From the NCBI GenBank assembly GCA_903813345.2, contig CAIIXF020000001.1, forward strand, positions 23,126,001 through 23,190,000: 64,000 nucleotides of DNA, in the 5' to 3' direction. A program made the position numbers and the translations under genes. Within the stretch, counting starts at the first letter, position 1. Each line of letters starts with the position of its first letter. The stretch comes from Owenia fusiformis. Lineage: Eukaryota. Shown in pieces: positions 14,550-26,054 of this stretch. The notes under the pieces are model-generated. The model saw only the letters and a list, made by a program, of their open reading frames with translations, did no database searches and was not told the DNA's origin.

Positions 14550-15282
14550 GTAAGAAATCATTCTATATTTTCTATTGGCATACATGCATAATAATAAATC
14601 ACAAATTCACTTATATTTCTTTATTTGTTTGTCATTTCATAAGGAATATATTTGATGAATAAGGCTGATTCAAATTACTTTTCCTGAAAACCAGTGCTCA
14701 TAGTTTATCCCCTATAACAGAAATTATTGCTTATGATAATCAACTCGGTCAATTCTGACCCTAGTCAACTTCGACCTATGTATATTTTGAGTTGACCAAG
14801 ATTGCACTATTTTCACATGTGATTCTGTGATTCTAGCATGTGATTAATTTAAAACATCAATCACATTTTTTCGAACATTTTACCATTTTGACTATTTTAC
14901 CAACTTTTGGAATGCAAATTGAAAGAAGTATAGTTTGGATTTTTTTTGATTTTTTGTGTTTGTGTTTTCAATTTTCGAAATTGTTTTTTTGCAGTTTGAT
15001 AGATGTGCAATTGCTAAATACAGAATATCACATCATTTTGAGTGATATCATTTTTATCGCCGAGTTGATAGCAAATATAAACACGAGTGAGCGAAGTGAA
15101 TGAGTGTTGATATTGGATATCTATGAGGTGATAAAATTATATCACGAGAAATTATGTGATATTGGGTTTATCCCATGATTACAATCACCTTGTGATGTTC
15201 TGATCCAATTTCCAGGACATTGGCAGACAATATAAACTAGAAATTAGAATATCAATTGAATATTTGAAACACTTTATTTTAA

Positions 15283-16116
15283 AGGCCCCATGTAAAGTTT
15301 AAACCACTTTGGCTTATATTGTAGTCTTACCCAATGTTATCAAAGTGTGATATGTGAAACTTTTTTTTTTAATTTCAAAAAGTGGTTTTTGATAGACTTT
15401 TTGTTCCAAAATTTGTGAATTTATTTAAAACCAACTTTACGAGGTCACTCATATCTTCTAATTAGCCACAATTCATACCAATTCATAGCATTCATCCTCC
15501 CATGTTTTTTGCCGAAAAAAATTAAGAAAATCGGTTGATAAACAAGCGAGAAATGAACTTATCAGTGCATGAAAATGGTTCTGAGAAAAATGTATTTCAA
15601 AATTTTAGTTCTCATAGAAACCAATGGTACAATGATATCTAAAACATGATTTATTCTTCCTTTTAACCTGGTTAGACAATCAACATTGGTTTTTTATGAA
15701 AGTCTAGCATATTTAGAAAAGATTGACATTGAAAAAAAAAATTCAATTTTTTTCAAAAAGTTTTTGTTACCTTAGTGACATCACTAATGTTTCAAAATAT
15801 TTTTGATAAGCTAAAACATTGAAGTGGCCCATTAAATATGACATTTTATTATTGAAATAGTGTGTCTTTTGTTCAATCTTTGCATTGGTGTTAAAAAAAT
15901 AATCTTTTTTGAAATGCATTAAGAAATGTTTGATGATTAAGAAATTTCAACTTTTTTTGAAAAATGGCGGGAAATTTGAATATTTGAGAAATGAAATGCT
16001 CACAACTTTTTTTTCAAAAATTTTTTTTTGTTCAAAAATCTCTAAAATCACTTTTTAAGTTCTGACAAATAGTAAATGAATGATAAAAAAATATTTTCAA
16101 ACTTTAGACGGGGACT
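15283..16116. mobile_element. TTAA-flanked non-autonomous DNA transposon (Kolobok-like), nested in an older repeat at about 15025-16500
   Basis: TTAA|AGGCCCCATGTAAAGTTT ... AAACTTTAGACGGGGACT|TTAA. Confidence 0.7.
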
Positions 16117-16820
16117 TTAACAATTAAAAGTAAATAACATGATATTGTTCGTCATAAATACCATTTTTTAATCGTTAGTTAGCAGCCTTCTTATCAAATT
16201 ATATACACAATTGTAATTCAATACACCAATGAAACTTAAAGGGAATAAATTAATGGACCAATTTTCTCAAAAGAGAATAAATTATCTGACCTAATTTCCA
16301 ACAATATTGTGGCGCGAAATGCAGATGTGATATCACACGGATATGCGTGAGATAAACGATATCACACGCATATGAGTTTGATAAACGATTTTCTGGAAAA
16401 TATCACACGGTTTTCAATAATATCAGAAATATCAATAGCTGTTATTGTACAGATAACACATTAATCGTGGGATAATTTAAAATATCAAACACTGATATTG
16501 ATTTTTAAACAAATATTACTATAATTGAATAAAAACTTTGAATGTTTAAATTGAAAAGTGTAATATCAAACAAGAAATACAATATACAAATTATCAAACA
16601 TAGAATTGAAAAAATCAAAATTGTAAAAGAATTTGAATTGATAAGTGGAAATTCAAATAGCAAAATTGAAATACCGAACATAAAATTGAAGAAATTGAAT
16701 AAAGACGCTAAAAAGCCACAAAATACATCAGAAACAAAAAGAACATTTGATTTATTCAGACTAAAACTGTAATCCAGTTTTATCATTTCAGTATCCTTAG
16801 AAGCAGTACAGTATATAGAG

Positions 16821-16880
16821 ATGAATATACAAGTATATCTACTCCTGGTGTTCATTGCTCTAACGGCAACTTTAGTGTTG
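16821..16880 (+). CDS. Nested gene exon 2: signal peptide MNIQVYLLLVFIALTATLVL
   Basis: Acceptor catttcag at 16791, ATG at 16821, 20 mostly hydrophobic codons, phase-0 donor TTG|GTAAGA. Confidence 0.75.
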
Positions 16881-16932
16881 GTAAGATATTTCAATTGATG
16901 GCATAATCTTACAAAATATCTAAGCATAATGC

Positions 16933-18101
16933 AAGAAAACTCATCCGAAGACATCTCATCCCAAGACAACTCATCCCAAGACAACTCATCCGAAGACATC
17001 TCATCCCAAGACAACTCATCCCAAGACAACTCATTCCAAGACATCTCATCCCACGACAACTCATCCCAAGACAACTCCTTCTCAGACATCTCATCCCAAA
17101 ACAACTCATCCCAAGACATCTCACCCAAAGACAACTGATCCCATGACATGTCATCCCAAGACAACTCATCTGGAGACATCTCATCCCAAGACAACTCATC
17201 TGGAGACATCTCATCCCAAGGTAACTCATCCGAAGACAACTTATCCCCAAGACAACTCATCCCAAGACATCTCATCCCAAGACAACTCATTCATTCCAAG
17301 ACATCTCATCCCACGACAACTTATCCCAAGACAACTCCTTCCAAGAAATCTCATACCAAAACAACTCATCCCAAGACATCTCACCCCAAGACAACTCATC
17401 TCATGACATCTCATCCCAAGACAACTCATCTGGAGACATCTCATCCCAAGACAACTCGTTCCAAGACATCTCATCCCGGGATATCTCATCTATTCCCAAG
17501 ACATCTCATCCCAAAACAACTCATCCCAAGACATCTCACCCCAAGACAACTCACCCCATGACATCTCATCCCAAGACATCTCATCTCAAGACAACTCATC
17601 TGGAGACATCTCATCCCAAGGCAACTCATCCGAAGACATTTCATCCAAAGACATCTCATCCTAAGACAACTCATCCCATGACATCTCATCCCAAGACAAC
17701 TCATCTGGAGACATCTCATCCCAAGGCAACTCATCCGAAGACATTTCATCCAAAGACATCTCATCCTAAGACAACTCATCCCAAGACATATCATCCTAAG
17801 ACAACTCATCCGAAGACATCTCATCCCAAGACAACTCATACCAAGACAACTCATCTCATCCCGAGACATCTCATCCCAAGACAACTCATCTCATCCCAAG
17901 ACAACTTATCCCAAAACAACTCATCCCAAGACATCTCATCCAAAGACAACTCATCCCAAGACATCTCATCTCAAGACAACTCATCCGAAGATAATTCATC
18001 CCAAGACAACTCATCCAAAGACATCTCATCCCAAGACAACTCATCCCAAGACATCTCATTCCAAGACAACTCATCTCATCCCAAGACAACTCATCCCAAG
18101 A
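16933..18101 (+). repeat. 15-bp minisatellite (AGACA[A/T]CTCATCCCA)n, about 1.17 kb
   Basis: Directly visible tandem array; source of the spurious repetitive ORFs in several frames. Confidence 0.95.
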
Positions 18102-18376
18102 GATGAAGTGAGACTAACTTTATCAATAATATTAGTTGTTAAAAATACAGGGTGATCTGAAAAACAGAAATCACATATCTTACTCATTGATAAATGTCAC
18201 TTTTATATCAGCCTCTCAATTAATATGCTAAATTGAATTTTTCTATTTGGTCAAGTTTGTTGTGAACATGAACATTAACTCTGGGGATAATAATATGACT
18301 AACGCCAAAGAAAGAAATGAAAGAAACATTTATTTGTCTAATGATCAAGTAATATTTTCTAATTCTTTTCAAACAG

Positions 18377-18886
18377 TCTGACAGTAGCGGAAGCAGTAGC
18401 AGGAGTAAAAAAATTCGTGAGAATAGGAAATGTGGGGAAATAAAGTATGACTTCTTCAAACCAAAGAAAGGGGAATGTGAGGAAGGAACAGAATGCAAGT
18501 GTGATGAGCAAAAATCCAAAAAGATCAAGTGTTACTGCAGAGCAGTGCCTGAAACAACAACCTCTGATGCAGCAACAACAACCTCTGATCTAGCAATAAC
18601 AACCTCTGAAACTGATCTAGCAATAACAACCTCTGAAACTGATCTACAGGTAGCAATAACAACCTCTGAAACTGATCTAGCAATAACAACCTCTGATCTA
18701 GCAATAACAACCTCTGATCCAGCAACAACAACCTCTGATCCAGCAACAACAACCTCTGATCCAGCAACAACAACCTCTGATCCAGCAACAACAACCTCTG
18801 ATCTAGCAACAACAACCTCTGATCCAGCAACATCGACTTCTGATCCAGCAACAACAGTACCTGATTGTGATTCTGGGGTAACTTGA
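18377..18886 (+). CDS. Nested gene terminal exon A: Cys-rich module + Thr-rich mucin-like repeat
   Basis: Acceptor ttttcaaacag, phase 0; SDSSGSSSRSKKIRENRKCGEIKYDFFKPKKGECEEGTECKCDEQKSKKIKCYCRAVPETTTSD...(ATTTSDP)n...VPDCDSGVT*; ATTAAA at 18996. Confidence 0.75.
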   Translation, partial: SDSSGSSSRSKKIRENRKCGEIKYDFFKPKKGECEEGTECKCDEQKSKKIKCYCRAVPETTTSDAATTTSDLAITTSETDLAITTSETDLQVAITTSETDLAITTSDLAITTSDPATTTSDPATTTSDPATTTSDPATTTSDLATTTSDPATSTSDPATTVPDCDSGVT

Positions 18887-19204
18887 TATATATTTTGCAT
18901 ATACTTATGACATGGACAGAATAGCAAGAAAATATTTTTAGTATATTCTGTTTATTGATTATTACAGACCAGTAAAATGCTAAATGAATGTAAACATTAA
19001 AAACCATGAATCAAAAACACGGTGTAGCTGCTTGGTATTGCATTTACTATCTTGTTACATTTTGCATAATGATAATAACAGCCCATGCATCTTTTAGTCC
19101 ACATTCTTATCCCTGGGATTCATTGTATGCTCTGCGACAGAGACACAAAAGAAACATTTAGTTATTGAATTCTTAACTTATATTTTCTAATTGTTTTCAA
19201 ACAG

Positions 19205-19381
19205 TCTGACAGCAGCAGTAGCAGTAGCAGAAGTAAAGAGATTCGTGAAAATAAGAAATGTGGGGAAATAAAGAATGACTGCTTTAAACGGAAGGGGAAT
19301 TGTGAGGAAGGAACGGGATGCCAGTGTGATGAACCAAAAAGCAACAAAATCAAGTGCTACTGTAGAGCAACAATACCGTAG
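19205..19381 (+). CDS. Nested gene terminal exon B: paralogous Cys-rich module without mucin tail
   Basis: Same acceptor ttttcaaacag, phase 0; SDSSSSSSRSKEIRENKKCGEIKNDCFKRKGNCEEGTGCQCDEPKSNKIKCYCRATIP*. Confidence 0.65.
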   Translation, partial: SDSSSSSSRSKEIRENKKCGEIKNDCFKRKGNCEEGTGCQCDEPKSNKIKCYCRATIP

Positions 19382-19438
19382 GGAAAATTTGCAGTAGAAC
19401 TGTACACTTAACACTTTGCACTTATCTGCTACATTATC

Positions 19439-21071
19439 CATACCTGCCAACCTAAAACCAAAATTTTGCGGTAGATTTTTTTAAAACTGCTGTATTTTTG
19501 CGGTAGATTTTTTCAAAATACGGTAGTTTTTGCGGTATTTTTCAACAAAATTGCGGTAGTTTTTGCGGTAGATTTTAGAAAAAAACGGTAGTTTTTTGCG
19601 GTAGATTTTAAAAAAAACGTTAGTTTTTGCGGTAGATTTAAAAAATACGGTAGTTTTTGCGGTAGATTTTAAAAAAATACTGTAGTTTCAGAGGTTTGGG
19701 GTAGATTTTTGAAAAAAGTGTAATTTTGCGGTAGAAATTTGAAAAAAGCGGTAGTTTTGCGGAAGATTTAGAAAAAATGCGGTAGTTTTACGGTAGATTT
19801 TTAAAAATGCGGTAGTTTTTACGGTAGTTTTTGAAAAACCGGTAGTTTTGCGAAAGATTCTGAAAAAATGCGATAGTTTTACGGTAGATTTTGAAAAAAT
19901 GCGGTAGTTTTTACGGAAGTTTTTTGAAAAACCGGTAGTTTTGCTGAAAATTTTGAAAAAATGCGGTAGTTTTACGGTAGATTTTGAAAATTGCGGTAGT
20001 TTTTACGGTAATTTTTTGAAATACCGGTACTTTTGCGGAAGATTTTGAAAAAATGCGGTAGTTTTACGGTAGATTTTGAAAACTGCAGTAGTTTTTACGG
20101 TAATTTTTTGAAAAACTGGTACTTTTGCGGAAGATTTGCCAAAATGCGGTATTCTTCGGTAGATTTTGAAAAATGCGGTAGTTAAACCTTTATACAATGC
20201 GGTTTTCTATATTAATACAATGTTTACGTGGTCATATTGTTGTTGTTATTGTGAATACATATTTTACTGCAAGAGTGATTTTGATAATTACAGTTTGTAA
20301 AGCAGAACTACCACCTGAGAATTATACGAAACTAATATTTTCAAGAAAAAATAGATATACTATTTTCAAGAATAAATAGAGACTAAACACTTTTTATTCT
20401 TCATTTACCATGCCTACAATGGACTGACAGCAACTTTGGATTTTAATGTTTCAGCAAAATGTACATATACAACTTTTTTACAATAAATCTAGATTGATTC
20501 AAAATACGAACACAATATTCATATCTCCACTTTTATTCACCTTCTAACCAGTTTTTTTTAGATATCAGGATGTTTGGAAATACCATGAATGAAACATTTA
20601 CTGAAATACAAAATATGGATTTTACACGTTTTTACTCACCATCTTAGATGATCTATCATTTTAACGAATTGAAATGACAGACATAATGTTCATATAACAT
20701 AGGGAAGCCGTCCCAATAACAACAACGGGAAATTTTACGGTAGTTTGAACAAAAATACTGTTGATTTTAGCAGAAATACGGTAGATTTTCGAAAATTTAC
20801 GGTAGATTTTCAAAAATTTACGGTAGATTTTCAAAAATTTACGGTAGATTTTCAAAAATTTACGGTAGATTTTACGGCCGTTCTCATGGAATAAACGAGT
20901 TTTTTACAAAGAAAATTTACGGTAGATTACGAAAAAAATACGGTAGATTTTTTTACGGGCGTTTTTACGGGAAAAAATGGTATTTTTTTTACGGTAGTTT
21001 GTCATTTTTTTACGGAAAAACGAAAAATTTACGGTAGATTCCCGTAAAAATACGGTAGGTTGGCAGGTATG
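19439..21071. mobile_element. Non-autonomous hAT-like element with 5-bp TSD and internal (T[A/G]CGGTAG) tandem repeats
   Basis: TIR CATACCTGCCAACCTA ... TAGGTTGGCAGGTATG; TTATC on both flanks. Confidence 0.85.
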
Positions 21072-21180
21072 TTATCCCAAAAATTATAGGAAAAAGAGAA
21101 TAGAATAAAATCACCTATAAATAACCTGTTATGTTTATGCTTTTTTAGTATTTTTAAATAATTGGGGTGAAATAATAATA

Positions 21181-22274
21181 AACAAGGCATTAACATGACA
21201 AATTTTACCACCTACTTGCTCACAATTATTTTTAGTTCATCTTAAAGTTGCAACAATTAGTGCAGATCATGGGCAAGTGTCAAAATATATTTATGTTTGG
21301 ACATTTCATCAAGACTAACATATATTTTTATTATCTATAAAGAAACCCCCTAGATAAACATTATTTCAGCTGATATTCCTCTTGAAACATGGTGGATCCT
21401 ATAAATCAAAATGTGGATTTCCCCTTTTTGAAGCTTTGAACCGAATTTACACTTCTTTATGCTGAAATTGACATTTGAGGAAAATAGGCATGTCAAAGAT
21501 GATGTTCAGTCAAATGTTACCTTGATAGCTCAGAAAAAGTAAAATTGTTCCTATTTTCTCTCTACAGGCCTTATTGCCCCTTTAAGTCAGATTTGAATTT
21601 CTGAGAACTTGTAAATATCATTTTGAAAAAAATTGGTCAATCTTTAAGCAAGTTGAAAAAAGACCTTTTTTGACCCTGAGAAGGTCATTGAAGGTGAAAT
21701 CTCAAATCAAGTCAGATTTGAACTTCGAGAACTTCTAGATGACTTTAAAAACATTGGTCAATTTGAAGCAAGTTGAAAAATACCTTTTTGACCTTGAGAA
21801 TGTCATTGCAGGTCAAATTTATAGTCGGATTTGAACTTTTGAGAACTTCTAGATGATTTTGAAAAATTGGTCAATTTGAAGCAAGTTGAAAAAAGACCTT
21901 TTTGACCAATTTCTGACATTGAGAAAATAAATGAAGGTCAAATCACAAATCTAAATTCAAATTTAATAATGTAGATGATTTTGAAAAAATTGGTCAATTT
22001 GAAGCATGTTGAAAAAATACATTTTTTACCTTTTTCACATTGAAAAGGTCACGGAAGGTCAAGTATTAAATATAAAGTCAGATTTGAACTTCTGAAAACT
22101 TGTAGATGATTTTGAAAAAAACTGAAGTCATTCTAAACGATATTTGTTAAGTTACTGGAAGTTTTAAAATTTGTTACAGACGCCACCCGCTGATTGCCAC
22201 CCGCCAATCGCCAACTGCCGTCACAAAAAAACGGAGACCATAACAATGTCACCACTTTTTGGTGGTGACATAAT
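21181..22274 (-). mobile_element. Helentron-type non-autonomous element (HINE-like), family 1
   Basis: Ends AACAAGGCATTAACATGACAAA.. and hairpin TGTCACCACTTTTTGGTGGTGACA; CCGCC/GACGCC microsatellite; internal tandem units of about 120 bp; contains a TTAA-flanked insertion at about 21245-21582. Confidence 0.7.
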
Positions 22275-23773
22275 AATTATGAAAATACACACATAACTTT
22301 ATATCATATCATCATATATCATAACGTAACTCATTTTTTGGCAAAATTGTCAAAATCAAACACCCTGGAATTTTTTGTAAAAAGTGTACTCACTCTTGGA
22401 AAATCCTGAATACGAACCTGAATACAGTACATATATAAGTCATATTTTACCAAACCTTGTTCTCACTGATATTTCTAAATGAAGACGTTTTCAATGACAG
22501 CATATATTTATGTATTATAACTTGTCCATGTGAGTTTTGATTCATCAAGCAGATGGCAAAAGAGATTCACTCATATCCACTATCTATTAACAGAAAAATT
22601 AATTTGCTTAAAAGAAATCATTTGAAAGGATACGCTTGAGGGCATCTGTATTTAGTAGAAGGTACTAGGAAAGAAACAATTCATAAAGCAACATGTTATC
22701 AGATACGTATGTTTTTTTCCAGAAACTGAGATAGCACCCATGTTTTGAGTTTTGGCACCAACCACCAAACACCAACTGCCAAACACCATCCAAAAAAACT
22801 TGTGGTGCTAACATAAAAACCTACTCAATTAACACCTTTTCATTTGGTACATGTAAAAGGAAAGAAACAATGACAAGCTTTCAATTTCTTTCAGAATCTG
22901 AGATGGCAACCATGTTTTGATTTGCAAAATGTCACCACCTGCCAGTTGTTACAGATGCCGACCACCAAACATTATCCACAAAAATAATGTTATAGGGGTG
23001 GTGGGTTTCATCTGTCAACTTCAAGGTCATCAATGTGGCTGTGGCACCCTCTTACGGTTATGCCTACCAATCCCATGATGCATCAGTGGTTAATGTTTTA
23101 TGATCAGTACTTCACTATAAAGTGATTTTTAAACATCCAATAAGGTCACATTGTTTTTAAAAGGAAAGCAACTTGCAATGTATTTTATTCTTATTTTGAA
23201 GCGTATTACTAAAATTGGACCTCAATAAAATTATAATGGTACATAGCAAATTCCAACAAACAATATATATCAAATATCCATAAAGAGGGTTATATTGTTT
23301 TTATTTTCAAATGTTGCTGTTCATGCATTTGGATGTAAAATAAATACCTTTAAATATCATAATGGTGGCATGGATGGATAGGTGGGCGAGTTGATGGATG
23401 GATGGATGGATAGACGGACAGATAAATGGACAGACCAATAGATGACATACAAGGGCACACTATATCCAAGTATAAGTTTTTAGTTGGAATATAACAGGCA
23501 TATAATCAATTGTAATTTTTAAGTCAAACCAAAACAACTTATCACTTCAAAAATCTAATCACTAAGAATTTCATACTAATATCTCTGATTTTGTGAATTT
23601 TAAAGTTTCCTATAATGGTTGGATTTGTTACATTGTATATAGAGCATGAGCACTTACAACTTTGAATGACTAGATTTCAGTTGGAATCGATAGTTAATTC
23701 CTTTGCCAATATAATTCTTTTTCATTGATCTCCTGTTTCATTTTTATTTTATTTTACAAAGACTATGTCATAC

Positions 23774-23871
23774 CTTATTCCAAGGTGGAGGGTAGTGGTT
23801 TCTTATGTAGTTAATGGTAGCATTCATGAATGGCGTCCAATGGGTATCCTCAGATATATCATGGTATACAC
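23774..23871 (-). CDS. GPLD1: GPLD1 coding exon 3
   Basis: (G)VYHDISEDTHWTPFMNATINYIRNHYPPPWNK; ttcag acceptor, gtatg donor. Confidence 0.95.
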
Positions 23872-24158
23872 CTGAAATTCATAATTTTACATCATATCAA
23901 GATCAATATCAATCATACCAATAATTGTCTTTACACAAGTGAGGAACTTCCGAAATTCAGAGGTTGAAATTCATTCCAACTTAGAAATGTCCATAACTAC
24001 TGTATCAGTGTATATGGCTGTAACGATACTGTATAGTAAGCTGTTACTACAATCACAACTAGCGTAATATAGCTGTCAGTAACTGCGTTGAGGACCATAC
24101 AGGCTCTGGATCTAAGGGCCCAAGATTCTATTATGGCTCATAATTTCATATATCTTAC

Positions 24159-24317
24159 CATATTGACAGATGGGATTATAATAAGCATCTGGGTATGGGT
24201 TTCCAGCCTGAAAGGCATCCTGGTGCTCCACTATAAGTTTCTGGAAGTCTACAGTCTTCTCACCCACTTGTGCTTGCATTACTCTTCTGCCATCATAGAA
24301 CTCATATGCTCTGTGGG
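24159..24317 (-). CDS. GPLD1: GPLD1 coding exon 2
   Basis: (A)HRAYEFYDGRRVMQAQVGEKTVDFQKLIVEHQDAFQAGNPYPDAYYNPICQY(G); tgtag acceptor, gtaag donor. Confidence 0.92.
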
Positions 24318-24516
24318 CTACAGAAAAAAATCACAACCATATAAGTGACCACAGTTTACCTCTGGAGTTTACCACAGTATAGTCTTGCTTCAAGACCCTG
24401 GACCTCCTTATCTTCTTTTCATCTTGTAATATGTTGGAGAAGTAGATAAGGGAGGGGGGGGGGGGGGTCCACAGTCTTGAAGCAAGACTAACCACCATAA
24501 AAAGAGTCTCCATATA

Positions 24517-25580
24517 CAGGGTGGTCAAAAAAATGGAAACCCTGCATTTTCCACATATCTTTGTCATTTTAAGAAATTACTCCCTGATATTTCACACATT
24601 TGTAAATCATTCAATTTACTACAGGCCTGTCAACTGTCCCGCAATTTGCGTATTTGTCACGCATTTGCTGAAGAATTTGAAGTCACGCCAGTTATTTTTG
24701 CGTGACAGAAAATGTCACGCAAACACGCATTTTACCTGGTAATTGTCAAGCAAAAATATTTCTGTAGAAAAAGTTCTAAAAAAGATCGTCTACACAGCAA
24801 AAATACGAACGCCGGAAAAAAATGTACGCATTTCGTTCGGACTTTTCATGCGAATTACGTATATGTCACGCATTCCGTTCGAAATTTTTCGTCCCTACCC
24901 CCCCCCCCCGTTGACGGATGTTTGAAACGCGAGCGTAGCGAACGCGAAAAATTTGAGGTGTTCAAAATTTGGCAAGATGTAATAAACTTTAAACCAAGGT
25001 GTTCAAAATTTGGATCAAGGTGTCCAGATTTGGACCAAGGTGTCCACATTTTGAGGGGAGGTGTTCAACATTTCCAAGTCACTCATGTTAGGTGTTCCCA
25101 AGTTGACAGGCCTGTTACTACCACCCTACCATATTTCATGACCATCAGACTGATAGTCACAATTTTACAGCACTTTGAACAACATGCTTCAGGTTTGGCC
25201 ATCATCGCGCTGGAGGCAAACCTGCACAGTTGTCAATGATCCAAATGCATTCCTCAGCATGTATGACCTGAATGATACAGATGATCTCACTTTTGAGGCC
25301 TGCAAGTGCCCTGGGGTCATTATTATACACTCTATCTCTGCCATATCCCCATAGGTTGGGACATTTTGGATGACATGTGCAGGTTGGTCTTCGACGCAAT
25401 AATGGCCACTGGGATTGTTCTTTAAAGTGCTGTAACACGGTGACTATCAATCAGATGGTCATAAAATATGGTAGGCTGGTAGGAAATTGAGTGATGTACA
25501 AATGTGCAAAGTTAATTCTTAAAATAATAAAGATATTAGGTAAAATGGTGTAAGGGTTTCCAGTTTTTTTGACCACCCTG
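24517..25580. mobile_element. Mariner-like deletion derivative with long TIRs and a transposase remnant
   Basis: TA|CAGGGTGGTCAAAAAAA.TGGAAACCC ... GGGTTTCCAGTTTTTTTGACCACCCTG|TA; minus-strand LWGYGRDRVYNNDP..L..LK resembles the FLWGYLKxxVY motif of mariner-family transposases. Confidence 0.8.
24622..25114. mobile_element. CAGGCCTGTCAACT-ended MITE, copy 1 (nested in the mariner element)
   Basis: 14-bp perfect TIR; TSD TTACTA. Confidence 0.85.
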
Positions 25581-25666
25581 TATAAGTCTCAAGACATAAT
25601 AAGAAGCATTTAAATTTTCTAATGCAGTCAAAATCTAGTAAATTGTATATTATAAAATGCTTTATA

Positions 25667-26054
25667 CAGGCCTGTCAACTGTCCCGCAATTTGCGTATTT
25701 GTCACGCATTTGCTGAAGAATTTGAAGTCACGCCAGTTATTTTTGCGTGACAGAAAATGTCACGCAAATACGCATTTTCCCTGGTAATTGTCAAGCAAAA
25801 ATATTTCTGTAGAAAAATTTATAAAAAAAGATCGTCTACACAGCAAAAATACGAACGCCGGAAAAAAATGTACGCATTTCGTTCGGACTTTTCACGCGAA
25901 TTACGTATATGGCAAGATGTAATAAACTTTAAACCAAGGTGATTAAAATTTGGATCAAGGTGTTCAGATTTGGACCAAGGTGTCCACATTTTGAGGAGAG
26001 GTGTTCAACATTTCCAAGTCACTCATGTTAGGTGTTCCCAAGTTGACAGGCCTG
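25667..26054. mobile_element. CAGGCCTGTCAACT-ended MITE, copy 2 (internal deletion); degraded inverted copy at about 32483-32822
   Basis: Same TIR; TSD TTTATA; near-identical to copy 1. Confidence 0.85.

Noticed and set aside
16505-18106. Long repetitive ORFs (DELSW, MSCLG, SSQDN, HPKTT repeats)
   Set aside because: Translations of the 15-bp minisatellite, open in several frames on both strands; the array is intronic to both GPLD1 and the nested gene.
18525-19007. Minus-strand ORFs with DQRLLLL and SEVVVAG repeats
   Set aside because: Antisense shadows of the plus-strand 21-bp mucin repeat; only the plus frame has a splice acceptor, Cys module and paralogous exon.
24712-25239. 175-aa plus-strand ORF and its partial copy at 25757-26164
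   Set aside because: Lies within nested MITE sequence, crosses element boundaries and has no recognisable domain.
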